IMG/VR virus record: IMGVR_UViG_3300027759_000073
Coordinates: 14,559 to 78,558 of that record
Source of the DNA: a virus
DNA length: 64,000 bases
Strand: one strand, 5' to 3'
Within the stretch, counting starts at the first letter, position 1. The number at the start of each line of letters is the position of its first letter. The position numbers were made by a program, and so were the translations under genes. Shown piece after piece: positions 48,335-57,923 of the stretch. The notes below the pieces were generated by a model that was not told the origin of the DNA, searched no databases, and was given only the letters and a program-made list of their open reading frames with translations.

Positions 48335-49107
48335 ATAAGCCCCTTGTGCTGTATTGGTGCAAGCATAGCAGTTTTAGACTGCCGTGATTCCCATTCGAAT
48401 GTTCTGCGTAGGGCTAAGAATGTAGCAAAGATATCGTCGTCGATGCGCAATGGTTGATACGACCACTTATCTGGGCGTAGCAGAAGTGCGGCACCGCCGT
48501 CAACCTTCGGCATCGGTATCTCGTTGTCTCCATCAAAAATAACATCAGCATTTGCGTATGCGGCTAATTGAAGAGCAACCTTTGCAGAAATTCCAGACCT
48601 TGTTGTTTTGAAGTCAAGAAGAATCTTTTTATCGTTAATCTTGCAGATTGCATCAAATGAACCTGCGTAATTGTGCGTAATGGAAAAGATTGATTTTTCT
48701 ACATGAATCCATTCTGGTTCAAACCGCTTCTCAAATTCCCAAAAACCATGCAGAAACGGAAGCAGGTCATCATCGTACTTATAGTTTGGGTCAAGAATCA
48801 ACTGCTCAATAGCCTCGTGGACTCGCGTACCAGTGTCTGCGGCTTTGTTCAACTCGCGCTCCGCAGCAGCCTTCAGCCAATCAATTGCCTTTACTTTTCC
48901 ACCAGCGCTACCCAGTAGGGAGTCAATATGCTCACGCTCATTAATTGCCGCTTCTGCCGTCACCTTGCTATTCCACTTCGGCAGGTACGGCATTGGGAGC
49001 ATTCCAACAATTGATGTGACACTGGGGGCAACCATATTTTTAATATTTGGGTGCTTGTAGTGGCGATTGCCATTAATTGAAACTGTCTGAACTTTTGGAT
49101 TTGTCAT
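48331..49107 (-). CDS. PD-(D/E)XK exonuclease (Cas4/RecB-like)
   Basis: PSVTSI, GT.VH, YAGSFD, LDFKT and QLAAY motifs. Confidence 0.85.
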   Translation of the reverse strand: MTNPKVQTVSINGNRHYKHPNIKNMVAPSVTSIVGMLPMPYLPKWNSKVTAEAAINEREHIDSLLGSAGGKVKAIDWLKAAAERELNKAADTGTRVHEAIEQLILDPNYKYDDDLLPFLHGFWEFEKRFEPEWIHVEKSIFSITHNYAGSFDAICKINDKKILLDFKTTRSGISAKVALQLAAYANADVIFDGDNEIPMPKVDGGAALLLRPDKWSYQPLRIDDDIFATFLALRRTFEWESRQSKTAMLAPIQHKGLM

Positions 49108-49331
49108 TGAATAATTCTGTCCTTATCAATTGTTTTTTGATACTCAGACCAATCAGCCTGGTACTTGTATTGTGTTGAACTTACACGCTTGTATAAATCC
49201 TGACCGCGATTCATAACAAGATACTCTGGGGTTGGATAAATGAACTCCAACTCCCTACCGTCAAACGAACCACCGATAAAGGTTATGTCAATTCTGTTTG
49301 GCGTTTTAGATGATGATTTTTTAGTTGCCAC
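49104..49331 (-). CDS. Hypothetical protein
   Basis: GGSFDG motif; coupled to neighbours. Confidence 0.55.
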   Translation of the reverse strand: MATKKSSSKTPNRIDITFIGGSFDGRELEFIYPTPEYLVMNRGQDLYKRVSSTQYKYQADWSEYQKTIDKDRIIQ

Positions 49332-49663
49332 TACTTAAGTTGCTGTGCAATCTGAACAATTTTGACAAAATCTGACTGCATCTGGTCAACTAGTTTCACC
49401 AACTTAGTAACAAACGATTTGTCCATTACGACCGTATCTGTTGTCTTGTCTACTTCAAGTGCAGCGAGATGGTCGTTAATCTTTTTAATCTTGTTGTTGA
49501 ATGAGTCCGAATTAGCACTAATCTCGCGGGACAGAACTACAAGATTTACATCGTTAAGATTAAAATTTGCTGGGATTTGGACTGCTCCGTCCTGCCCACT
49601 CATTCTGCTTGACGGGATAGAGAACTCATCTCTGCCCATATCGAATCCTGAAACTTTTGACAT
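49331..49663 (-). CDS. Hypothetical protein
   Basis: 110 aa with AGGAG RBS. Confidence 0.6.
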   Translation of the reverse strand: MSKVSGFDMGRDEFSIPSSRMSGQDGAVQIPANFNLNDVNLVVLSREISANSDSFNNKIKKINDHLAALEVDKTTDTVVMDKSFVTKLVKLVDQMQSDFVKIVQIAQQLK

Positions 49664-49690
49664 ATATTCTCCTGTTGTTCTAAGTGTATA

Positions 49691-50002
49691 TTAATTTTGC
49701 GGTTTAAACAAGTCGGTCCATTGTGCGTTCTTGAGTTGCTCTTCTTCAAGCATATCCTGCAATTTATCAAATGCTTCAGAATACTCAAAAACCATAGTTT
49801 TCATGTCTATTAGCAAGTCCATCATTACCTCAATTTGGGATGGGTAGAAATGGACAGCGGCAGAATTCTTGAATGCTAAATATGTATTGAGGTCCTCAAT
49901 CACATCCTCACATTTTACAATGCTGGCTAGGTACTTATTTGAGTCTTTCATTTGGCCTACTAAATCATTATTACTATTCACTGCTTCCTCCAATTGCGTC
50001 AT
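49691..50002 (-). CDS. Hypothetical protein
   Basis: 103 aa helical ORF overlapping the upstream gene. Confidence 0.55.
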   Translation of the reverse strand: MTQLEEAVNSNNDLVGQMKDSNKYLASIVKCEDVIEDLNTYLAFKNSAAVHFYPSQIEVMMDLLIDMKTMVFEYSEAFDKLQDMLEEEQLKNAQWTDLFKPQN

Positions 50003-50468
50003 ATTTTTTATTGATTAACATATCCATAACATGCCTAGGCTTTAAAATAAATCCTCTTGCTGGGTTGTCACTGCCCTCGGCAAAATTGCGCTTCGTTTCT
50101 TCGTTGAATAAATGCTTATTGAGTCTCAGATACCTTTTGAGTCTTTCAACATGGACGATTGTCATTCCGCCATCGAGAGCATAAACATACACCCACCACT
50201 CTGCCTTGGTTACATTGATTCCGCTTTTCTTCCATCCCTTCAGACCTGGATTCTGGTCTGTTTCAATGACCATATTTCCATTCCTATATCTGTCGGTCTT
50301 TATTTCAAATGAGCCATTAACGAGTGCATCCAACATTGTGGCAACAAGTGTTTCTCCAACCTGTCCGTACTGAAGGTCATCTTTGAAATTAAACTGTTTT
50401 ACTTCAGAAGATGGCTCTAGGTCGAAGTCTTGGTTGTAGCCAGATGTTTTTTTAAAACTGCTCACCAC
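49974..50468 (-). CDS. PD-(D/E)XK nuclease-like protein
   Basis: F..DL..G..GE, EIKTD, GN..IE, SGI..TKAEWW. Confidence 0.65.
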   Translation of the reverse strand: MVSSFKKTSGYNQDFDLEPSSEVKQFNFKDDLQYGQVGETLVATMLDALVNGSFEIKTDRYRNGNMVIETDQNPGLKGWKKSGINVTKAEWWVYVYALDGGMTIVHVERLKRYLRLNKHLFNEETKRNFAEGSDNPARGFILKPRHVMDMLINKKYDAIGGSSE

Positions 50469-50872
50469 TGCCCAGTTTTTTCAAGATAAGTTTTTCGTCC
50501 CTTGTAAGAAGATTTGCTTGCAAGTTTTGCCCTTCGCTTCTGTTCGCTCTCGGACAAGGTGATTAATTTTAACTCTCCATCTGGGGTTATCTGAAAGTAG
50601 TCAATTCCTTTTATTACACGATGATAGAGATAGCCGCAGATTAATAAAAATTCAAAACACTCCCCAGATGACCGACGCATGTCGTAATTATCTGCGTGGA
50701 AGTTAACCCAGTCGTCCCACCTAAATGCCTTTTTCTTAAATTTCGCGTATAACAGCACCCTATGCGTACCGCTGTGGTACTTGATACTTCCAGCGCCTAC
50801 TTTGCCAAGTGCTGCTTTGCGTAATTTTTCCAACTTTTTACCAGTTGGCATTGTTGTTCTTGCGCTTCCCAT
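50462..50872 (-). CDS. Hypothetical basic protein (possible winged helix)
   Basis: L...GYL.......YFQIT..G pattern. Confidence 0.5.
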   Translation of the reverse strand: MGSARTTMPTGKKLEKLRKAALGKVGAGSIKYHSGTHRVLLYAKFKKKAFRWDDWVNFHADNYDMRRSSGECFEFLLICGYLYHRVIKGIDYFQITPDGELKLITLSESEQKRRAKLASKSSYKGRKTYLEKTGQW

Positions 50873-50935
50873 TATTTTCCTGACTGTTTGTTTGGTTGAG
50901 TATAGGTGGTGTCAGAAAAATGACAACCTAGTTTT

Positions 50936-51103
50936 CTATTTTTGGTGCGTTAGGCAGGAGAGGCATGTCACATGCCTTTGATGCACAGAAACAGATATGT
51001 CTTTCCCAACATACATACCGCATGCTGTTGTTGCTATGACTTCTTTGCTTGCTTCGGTACGCTCGACAACTTCATATTTTGCCATGTGTATTAGAAGAGC
51101 CAT
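50936..51103 (-). CDS. Small Cys-containing protein (55 aa, not in ORF track)
   Basis: MALLIHMAKYEVVERTEASKEVIATTACGMYVGKDISVSVHQRHVTCLSCLTHQK*; H..TACG..VTCxxC pattern. Confidence 0.5.
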   Translation of the reverse strand: MALLIHMAKYEVVERTEASKEVIATTACGMYVGKDISVSVHQRHVTCLSCLTHQK

Positions 51104-51115
51104 GTGAAAAAAGTA

Positions 51116-51829
51116 TCACACTTTATAGACGCGCCAGTTACCTAATTGACTCTTGCTATTGTCCATAAGCCACTTTGCAAACTTCACATTGCACACTGGG
51201 TCTTTTAGGCCCTGCATGTGATTGTCCACTGCGTCTTCACCGCACACGCCTTTGACTGCTGTGTACCAAGTGGAATTGACCTGCAAAAGACCAGTGTCAT
51301 AACTTCCGTCTTTATTCAGAGCGTAGGTCATTTTTCCGTTCTTCCAAGTTGCGTTCTGTGCTTTTGGATTGCATCCGCTCTCGCGCCACGCAATATACGA
51401 GAACACATCTACTGGAAGACCGTACTCAGCAAACAGTGGCTCCCACATCGGGCAACGCTCTGCTGGGTCATATGAGATGTTGTAGCGAGGTGTGTTCTGC
51501 TTAGGGACATTTGCAGTTGGAAGGCCGCGTGCCTCAAGTGCCTCAATATGTTCCCTGCGGGTAATCATTCCGTAGTGACCGTCTACAGCGACAGTTCCTA
51601 TGACCTTTTGCAGGTCTGCTACTCGCTTGGATACTTCATTCAACTTAAACTTCTGCCTGAGAATTGCTTCTGCCGCTACTTGGTCCAGGACTTGGGGTTG
51701 AGTTACTTCCGCGACCACTGCCACGGGTGCGCCTTGTGCGCTCACTGAGTTGTTTACTTGATTCCCAACCCACCCAAATGTTGCGGTAAGCCAGATTGCT
51801 AATGTGGTAATTAAAGGTTTCGATATCAA
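51116..51829 (-). CDS. Secreted lysozyme-like transglycosylase (SLT) with peptidoglycan-binding segment
   Basis: Signal peptide; LQ..IG...VDG.YG..T; IAWRESGCNP; DTGLLQVNS; DP.CN...A. Confidence 0.82.
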   Translation of the reverse strand: MISKPLITTLAIWLTATFGWVGNQVNNSVSAQGAPVAVVAEVTQPQVLDQVAAEAILRQKFKLNEVSKRVADLQKVIGTVAVDGHYGMITRREHIEALEARGLPTANVPKQNTPRYNISYDPAERCPMWEPLFAEYGLPVDVFSYIAWRESGCNPKAQNATWKNGKMTYALNKDGSYDTGLLQVNSTWYTAVKGVCGEDAVDNHMQGLKDPVCNVKFAKWLMDNSKSQLGNWRVYKV

Positions 51830-51838
51830 TAGTCTCTC

Positions 51839-52303
51839 CTACTGTCGGCCCTCCTTCGGTGGTAAAGACTTAGTAAGACCAAGTCTCTCCGCTTCGGCGG
51901 GGTTGTCATGTTTCCAGCGGTGGTGCATACGGCACAACACTTGGCAGTTACTCGGGTCTAAATGGTCGCCTCCGCGACCTCTCGGGATAACTTCGTCCAC
52001 ATCTAGCGGACCTGAACATGACAGATATGTTACCAAAAATTTACCTTGACACAACCCCATATCGCGTTCAAGGACTATACGACGGACTTCTGCGCGTTGT
52101 GGGGCTTGGCTTTTAGTCTTTTCAGAAATTTGAGAAATCTTTTTTTTATTTTGTTTTACTGGTGTTCTGCGCAATAATGGTGCGGAATTGTCTCCGCATC
52201 CTTTGATTCTATTCAAACCATCAGTCGATTCTTTTAATGTTCCAAACTTTGGACAATCACTAAGGGAGCATTTATCTTTTCTTCCTTCGCAATCGCCCTT
52301 CAT
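51839..52303 (-). CDS. HNH endonuclease
   Basis: VLERD...CQ...C...LDVDE..PR.RGG.....N...LCR.HH. Confidence 0.8.
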   Translation of the reverse strand: MKGDCEGRKDKCSLSDCPKFGTLKESTDGLNRIKGCGDNSAPLLRRTPVKQNKKKISQISEKTKSQAPQRAEVRRIVLERDMGLCQGKFLVTYLSCSGPLDVDEVIPRGRGGDHLDPSNCQVLCRMHHRWKHDNPAEAERLGLTKSLPPKEGRQ

Positions 52304-53628
52304 TAAAGGATAATCCTCACAGATGTTTTCTTCTTTCCAACTAGTGATTGCATTGCACCAGCAACAGCGTCCACTTGGTCATCGTGTGCACCGTATGGAA
52401 AAACTTCGCATTCGTCAATGAATGGTGAGTTCCAGGATGCTCTTGCAAGCATGACATTTCCTGCTTCTGCCGCTGAGGAAAAAACAAGTGCGCGGTCTTT
52501 CTTGGAGACATTTGACTTCTCTCCGCGGAATATAAATCCTTGGAGAACAGTGCGCGCGTAGTGGTCAATGACATTCACACCAGAAGAACCTGGTTCTTGT
52601 TCAATAATGATTGGAGTAGACACGCCGTCAATCTGTGCTGTTTGCGCAATCATCTTTTCAACTTCATAAGGACTTCCGCGCATTCGACGAATATCCATCA
52701 CAAAGTAACGACCATCTTTCATTCCGACTAATGCACCGACCGTGTAGTCGGGGTCGTTTGAGCGACTCTTTGGTGTTGCAGCCAAGTCCCAGTAGCGAAC
52801 CGTTTTCATTCCTTCAGGGAAGTTTCCAGTAACCGAGAATGACTCACGCTTGAACATTCCACCCTCTTCGCGGATTTCCCAGTTTCCATCGAGAAGTCGC
52901 GCGCGCTCAATTGCATCAAGTTCATTAAGACCTTTGATGTATGCCTCGGAGTCAAGAGAAGGGTTATCCAAAATCTTTGCAGGCATAAACTTTCGCTCTG
53001 GCTTTTTATCCAGAATGAATCTCTCGTACACCCAGTTGTTTCCTGGACCTCCAGGGTTAGTTGCGGCGCGGGTTCTTAGAGGAATGTCTGCAGATGTCAA
53101 ACCACAGTGAGGGCAAGCAGGTAGAGATTCGTCCTGCATTGGTTTACGAACACGAGAGAAGCCCACATAGCGATAAACACGGTCGGTCTTCCACTGCGTT
53201 AACTCGTCTACACCAACGAAGTGGTAAGCAAACGACTGGAACTTGTAGCGGTCTTCATCGCGTTCGCAATGGTCGAACGAAAGAGTTGCACCAGAGGGGA
53301 AAGTCCATCGCTTATTTGTGGAAACATAATTAGCACCAGTACCCGCAAGCCACGCATTGCAACGGTCAATAAAGCCGTCAGGACCAGACAATTGCGGGTA
53401 TGTCTGACGCAAAAGTAGCGCGGAGTAACCAGGAACACAGATGTACTGGAGTGCAGACATGAGAAGCGTGTCGGACTTTCCTCCGCCAGCAGCACCGCCA
53501 TAAAGGGCTTCGCGTGTTGTTGTCCAAGTCAAATAAGCCTGTTGCTTTGGGTGCATTGTGTGGGGAAACTTAAACCCGCACGGTTGTTTCCAGTCAGTCA
53601 GCGATGCAAGTTGCTCGCGAGTTGTCAT
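52303..53628 (-). CDS. terL: Terminase large subunit
   Basis: GGAAGGGKS Walker A, VGVDE Walker B, ATNPGG, YWDLA and HDDQVDA nuclease motifs. Confidence 0.95.
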   Translation of the reverse strand: MTTREQLASLTDWKQPCGFKFPHTMHPKQQAYLTWTTTREALYGGAAGGGKSDTLLMSALQYICVPGYSALLLRQTYPQLSGPDGFIDRCNAWLAGTGANYVSTNKRWTFPSGATLSFDHCERDEDRYKFQSFAYHFVGVDELTQWKTDRVYRYVGFSRVRKPMQDESLPACPHCGLTSADIPLRTRAATNPGGPGNNWVYERFILDKKPERKFMPAKILDNPSLDSEAYIKGLNELDAIERARLLDGNWEIREEGGMFKRESFSVTGNFPEGMKTVRYWDLAATPKSRSNDPDYTVGALVGMKDGRYFVMDIRRMRGSPYEVEKMIAQTAQIDGVSTPIIIEQEPGSSGVNVIDHYARTVLQGFIFRGEKSNVSKKDRALVFSSAAEAGNVMLARASWNSPFIDECEVFPYGAHDDQVDAVAGAMQSLVGKKKTSVRIIL

Positions 53629-54239
53629 TCTTTAGACTCCACAATCTCTGCCTCAATGATGTCATCTTCATCATCCCATGCATTAAGAACATTCGACGGA
53701 AGGTCTCCAGACTCAACAAGTGCAGAAAGAATTGCTCTCTTTCTCTCTTCATCTTCTGTCTCGGTGAGTTCTTTATCACGACCGTTGTTGTTGCCAAATC
53801 CAGCACCAGCAGAAACTTCAAGTTTGACGGTGTTGTTATCGCCCCACTCTTGTGGGAATCGGCGAGCAAGAAATCTTTCTGCTGCTTTCCAGTCTCCACC
53901 TCTTGCTTCTTTGAACCATGAAAGAACAAGAGCGCCCATAGATTCAGACTCTGCTTTAGCAAGTCCTTCAGAGAAGTTCATGTACACCTCTTCTGACTTG
54001 TTGGGAACTCCGCCTTTTTCACGGTGAACCGTTTCGGCAATACCGCGAGAAATCCAAACAGACACTGTTGATTTAGAAATCCTGTTTGCCTCTGCTGCAC
54101 GAGATGGCGTCATGCCAGCACGAACCAAATCAATAATGACTGGTCCCATAATTTCACAGGTGGTAACAATCTCGCCGTTTACTTTGCGCGCAGCGTTATT
54201 TGCTGCTGGTATTTTTCTAGTTGCCATCTTTTTTACCAA
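53625..54239 (-). CDS. terS: Terminase small subunit
   Basis: HTH-like N-terminus, DWKAA.RFL.RRFP.EWG; overlaps terL. Confidence 0.75.
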   Translation of the reverse strand: MVKKMATRKIPAANNAARKVNGEIVTTCEIMGPVIIDLVRAGMTPSRAAEANRISKSTVSVWISRGIAETVHREKGGVPNKSEEVYMNFSEGLAKAESESMGALVLSWFKEARGGDWKAAERFLARRFPQEWGDNNTVKLEVSAGAGFGNNNGRDKELTETEDEERKRAILSALVESGDLPSNVLNAWDDEDDIIEAEIVESKE

Positions 54240-54495
54240 TCTTCTGAATAAAAATACAGTCCTTCTTGCGAGGGATATGAGTCTTTACTTTGTAACCGTA
54301 CCTATCGGCAGCCATATAAATAGCAGCACGAAATGACCTCATATCAACATCAAAGTCTTCGCCTTGCTTAAGTCGCCATACATGACCATCAAACCATTCT
54401 TTCCACGGATACTTTTCCTCTGTCACCTTTTTTGGCCAGGTCAAAGACTCGCGGATAATGCTTCGGTGTTTCACTTCTTTTTTCTCGTCACTCAT
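54217..54495 (-). CDS. Hypothetical protein
   Basis: KYPW.EWFDG..W.L..GEDF. Confidence 0.65.
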   Translation of the reverse strand: MSDEKKEVKHRSIIRESLTWPKKVTEEKYPWKEWFDGHVWRLKQGEDFDVDMRSFRAAIYMAADRYGYKVKTHIPRKKDCIFIQKIGKKDGN

Positions 54496-54815
54496 TTGAG
54501 TTCCTCACCAGGATTTTCCTTCATCCAATCTTCAATTGCTTGTTCAAGCAAAGTGTCATCGTTCTTAATTCGTTGAATCAAGAGAGAAATCCAGTTAGTT
54601 GTGTAACCGCATGCTTCGCCAATAGCGCGCATTGTTCCTTCACCAGTTCTCCATGTATTGAAAATGTCATTGCGCAATCTCTGCTCTGCAATAGAAGTTT
54701 GTTTGCGTAGAGTTTCAAGAACTAGTTTGCGTCGCTGAAGACGATTTAGGGCATCGTCTGAAAGTTGTCGCTTCCAATCCGACTTGGGCATGCCGCCTCT
54801 TACTTTTTCAGCCAT
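54492..54815 (-). CDS. HTH DNA-binding protein
   Basis: TMRAIGEACGYTTNWISLLI helix-turn-helix. Confidence 0.65.
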   Translation of the reverse strand: MAEKVRGGMPKSDWKRQLSDDALNRLQRRKLVLETLRKQTSIAEQRLRNDIFNTWRTGEGTMRAIGEACGYTTNWISLLIQRIKNDDTLLEQAIEDWMKENPGEELK

Positions 54816-54964
54816 GATTAAGAGACCCGTAAAAGTTTTTTTGTAATTTTTCCATCTTGTATAATTCCCCTATTCGTTGCCATTTACTTTTCCCTCCCGC
54901 TACCAAACCCTTACTTAGGGACGAAAGTATCCACAACTTGCCGCATACTAATTTTATTTTAAAA

Positions 54965-55171
54965 TCAGTTAGTTGCTGATTTGCAAGTATCACACTGGCA
55001 ATGAGCCCAACGGCCACCAGATGCAATGCTTTGCTCTTCACAGAACGGAGAGCCTACATGACTTCTCGCGTCTGCGATTCCTGTGAAGCACAGTGCACAA
55101 CCGACATTAACTTTCTGTCGCACATTCTTATGCTCTACAAATATTCCTTTTTCGAATATCATCACATTCAC
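54965..55171 (-). CDS. Small Cys-rich protein
   Basis: CxxC...H....C...SGG..AHC.CD.C; GGAGG RBS before GTG. Confidence 0.55.
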   Translation of the reverse strand: MNVMIFEKGIFVEHKNVRQKVNVGCALCFTGIADARSHVGSPFCEEQSIASGGRWAHCQCDTCKSATN

Positions 55172-55256
55172 CTCCTAACAAGGTTGATAAAAGAGTATCA
55201 CAACGAAAGTATAAATGTGGTGCTATACTGATGTCAACCTAATAAAGGAGAAAATA

Positions 55257-55736
55257 ATGGCTAAGAAAAAGAAGTCAGGACGGACTCAACCACGGACATG
55301 GGGCGAGTGGCATATCGGCAATTACCCAGCAATAGCAAAACCAGACCACATCTCTCAAGACCAATGGGAAGAGATGATGAGGTGGCGCCAAGAAACCGAA
55401 TGCTTTGTCAACGATGTTTATCAAGTCAATATGAAAGACATTAAAGACGAAGACGGGCATGCCTGGAAGTACCTATCTATTAAGCGTAGGGACAAAAAAC
55501 CAATCCATGACTGGCGTGCCCTACAGAGAATCAAGAATGAATTAGTAGGGGAAGAATACGAAGCAATCGAGATTTATCCTCGTGAATCAGAACTCATTGA
55601 TGAAGCAAATCAATATCACCTTTGGGTAATGGAAAAAGGAAGAATCTGCCCTGTAGGATTTCGCGGTACAAGAATGACTTGTACTCCAGAAGAAGCAGCA
55701 ATTGTTGGTGCTAAACAAAGACCCTTTACAGACTAA
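55257..55736 (+). CDS. Conserved phage hypothetical protein
   Basis: LSIKRRD..PIHDWR.LQ.IKNE..G...EA.E.YP....L.D.ANQYHLW; TGCTATACT -10 and AAGGAG RBS support a start at 55257. Confidence 0.8.
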   Translation: MAKKKKSGRTQPRTWGEWHIGNYPAIAKPDHISQDQWEEMMRWRQETECFVNDVYQVNMKDIKDEDGHAWKYLSIKRRDKKPIHDWRALQRIKNELVGEEYEAIEIYPRESELIDEANQYHLWVMEKGRICPVGFRGTRMTCTPEEAAIVGAKQRPFTD

Positions 55737-55744
55737 GGAAATCA

Positions 55745-55927
55745 ATGCCATTAAAAGACCCTGAAGCACGCAAAGCATATGAACGAGAACGCAAGAATAA
55801 AAAGCGCGTAGAAAAGATTATGCAACTTCCTGAACCCGAACGCACCCGACGCCTTGAGTCCAACGCCGCACGCCGCGCCTATCAGATGCGCTGGACATCG
55901 GACAAAGTTCGGATGCGCGACCTGTGA
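55745..55927 (+). CDS. Small basic protein
   Basis: MPLKDPEARKAY; AAGGA RBS. Confidence 0.6.
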   Translation: MPLKDPEARKAYERERKNKKRVEKIMQLPEPERTRRLESNAARRAYQMRWTSDKVRMRDL

Positions 55928-56679
55928 GGAAAGCAAAAAAGATTTTTGGAATTTTACTCTCTCTTATAATCGTCCTATACGGTCCCATTCCTGTTCGTTC
56001 ACAAAATTTGTCTTGGGATGAGAACGGCTTTTGTTGGGAAAATTGCCCCACTTTAGATGGTTCTGCATACATCCATTCATTCACTCAAATCAGAGGTCTT
56101 ACTGGTTATCTACGACTACCTGAAGTAGTTACTGCTCCAGTTCAAATCAGAGGACTTCGTATTGGAGTCAATAATCCAATGGGTAACTTCTGGACTGCTA
56201 ATGGAACCCTTGTCCACACTCTTACTGGTCAGAGGTATCCGATTGGATACGCAGAATCATCTGATGGTAATCCGATGGGCTGGTATAACTTGAAGTGTTC
56301 TTACGATAACCCTTGTAGCCCATACTTTGCATTCGGGCCTGTGCAGATTCCGTCTTATATGTACGCTGGTTCATACCATCTCGAAATTGTGGTGAGATAC
56401 GACTATGGCTTGAATCCTTCTTGGGGTAAGACGATAGTCCTACCTGGGGCGTTAGTGATTGCTTCATCGCCTGCTGGGCTCGGCGTGCTTCCCACTCCCA
56501 CATCTTCCACAACTGCCTCATCAACTACCACAGTAGCACCCATTGTAACTATTACTGTGCTCCCCGCTAGACCTGCCTTTGGCAGGGCTTGTCCTTATCG
56601 CTATGGACAGACTCGGATTAACGGTAAGAGAGCAGTCTGTTCCCTAGTCAACGGAAACTTGATATGGAGAAGGAAGTGA
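55924..56679 (+). CDS. Exported protein with Thr/Ser linker and Cys-containing C-terminal module
   Basis: N-terminal hydrophobic signal; TPTSSTTASSTTT; G.AC...G.......C......W. Confidence 0.65.
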   Translation: MRKAKKIFGILLSLIIVLYGPIPVRSQNLSWDENGFCWENCPTLDGSAYIHSFTQIRGLTGYLRLPEVVTAPVQIRGLRIGVNNPMGNFWTANGTLVHTLTGQRYPIGYAESSDGNPMGWYNLKCSYDNPCSPYFAFGPVQIPSYMYAGSYHLEIVVRYDYGLNPSWGKTIVLPGALVIASSPAGLGVLPTPTSSTTASSTTTVAPIVTITVLPARPAFGRACPYRYGQTRINGKRAVCSLVNGNLIWRRK

Positions 56680-57362
56680 ACTGGAACGAACTCCTCATCC
56701 ATAAAAAGAACGGTATAAAGAACCTTTGTGTTCAAGCACAAGTAACACCTAGCCAACTTGTTGATGCATATAAGGGGAGACTCATTGCTCAAACCTCTAT
56801 TGACAAGAGGGACTTGTTTGTTCATCTCCTGAATCAGACTCTTACTGAAAGAGAGCAGGAGTACATTGACAAAGTGTGTGTGCTTCCACACCGAGACAAC
56901 CGTACCGCTACGCAGTACGCAACTGACTTGACTGTCAATTGGTTGCTAGAGGACTTGACTACCGAGTTGTTCAACAAGGCGGAGATTCCTAATAAGAAGA
57001 GCGGGGCAGACTCTAATAGGGACTATCTAGAGGAAGGACAGATTACCTCTGCATGTGACTTTAAGGTCAAACTTGGAACCACTGTACGGAATCTAGAAGT
57101 CATCTATGACCACACGAACTACTGGTATCGACAAGACAAGTTAGACCTACGACTGAACAAACATAACAACCTGGCTAACGATAAGGCTTTGCTACTTGGT
57201 ATTGATACGCAACGGGGCAGTGCTTTTGTGATTGATTACCGTGTGGTGCCTGAAACTGTTCAGTCATATCACGAGGCGTACGGCAAAACAGTACATTCTC
57301 TTGTCGGGATTAAGCAGATGCTTCAACCCATTACCGTGGTGATGGATAGGATAAAGGAGTAG
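56664..57362 (+). CDS. Hypothetical protein, possible restriction-endonuclease-like fold
   Basis: E....L...G.D..R...CDF.......LEV pattern. Confidence 0.5.
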   Translation: MEKEVNWNELLIHKKNGIKNLCVQAQVTPSQLVDAYKGRLIAQTSIDKRDLFVHLLNQTLTEREQEYIDKVCVLPHRDNRTATQYATDLTVNWLLEDLTTELFNKAEIPNKKSGADSNRDYLEEGQITSACDFKVKLGTTVRNLEVIYDHTNYWYRQDKLDLRLNKHNNLANDKALLLGIDTQRGSAFVIDYRVVPETVQSYHEAYGKTVHSLVGIKQMLQPITVVMDRIKE

Positions 57363-57364
57363 TC

Positions 57365-57433
57365 ATGGACCTACTAGTTCTACTATCAGCGCTGACTTTG
57401 ATGGCAGCAGTGTGGTATCGGGACCATACATAG
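57365..57433 (+). CDS. 22-aa hydrophobic peptide
   Basis: MDLLVLLSALTLMAAVWYRDHT* with AAGGAG RBS. Confidence 0.45.
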   Translation: MDLLVLLSALTLMAAVWYRDHT

Positions 57434-57558
57434 GACAGGTCACCTATACAGGTGATTACAGGTGCAAAATGTGGGGCGGGCTCCCCGCGAGGCAACCCTA
57501 AACCTTTAGTTGAGGGTTAGGGGGTGGGGGGTATCCCGTCACTGTGAGTGGTCGAGGC

Positions 57559-57578
57559 TGTGGATAACCTGTGGATAA
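57559..57578. promoter_or_regulatory. Tandem DnaA boxes
   Basis: TGTGGATAA (reverse complement TTATCCACA) at 57559 and 57570. Confidence 0.7.
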
Positions 57579-57589
57579 CAGCCCCAGAC

Positions 57590-57603
57590 CGAACACTTGT
57601 TCG
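57590..57603. promoter_or_regulatory. LexA/SOS box (Gram-positive type)
   Basis: CGAAC-ACTT-GTTCG is a perfect CGAAC-N4-GTTCG. Confidence 0.65.
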
Positions 57604-57746
57604 CATTGGCACTAGGCGTGCTGTAATGCGTTCTAGCGCGCGTGGCGCGGTGTTGTGTGTGTCTAAGCCTTATCGAGACTAGCGCGCGTCTAGGCGCGTT
57701 GTGGCGCGTCTCACGGCTTGCGGGCTATGGCGCGCAATAACGGCGG

Positions 57747-57840
57747 GCAAGGGTTCGCAAGGGTTCGCAAGGGTTCGCGGTGCTGGCGCGTCTCACGGGC
57801 AACGGGCAACGGCGCGAGACTGGCAACGGGCAACGGCGCG
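57747..57840 (+). repeat. Short direct repeats
   Basis: (GCAAGGGTTC)x3 followed by two copies of GGCAACGGGCAACGGCGCG. Confidence 0.8.
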
Positions 57841-57863
57841 CAAGTGTTATCCCATAAACGCGA

Positions 57864-57902
57864 ACGGCGCGCCAGTCTCATCTTGCGAGACTGGCGCGCC
57901 GT
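57864..57902 (-). terminator. Hairpin after 57924..58664
   Basis: ACGGCGCGCCAGTCTC-N7-GAGACTGGCGCGCCGT, 16-bp stem. Confidence 0.65.
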
Positions 57903-57923
57903 GTTGCGCGTGACGATTACCGA

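Noticed and set aside
48331-49107. Cas4 as part of a CRISPR system
   Set aside because: It is a stand-alone phage exonuclease next to ssb, with no other cas genes.
13-54576. Numerous plus-strand ORFs in the track
   Set aside because: They are antisense shadows of well-supported minus-strand genes with biased codon usage, lacking RBSs or recognisable motifs.
54808-55041. 77-aa ORF in the track
   Set aside because: It overlaps the better-supported 54965..55171 ORF and has no clear RBS; left uncalled.
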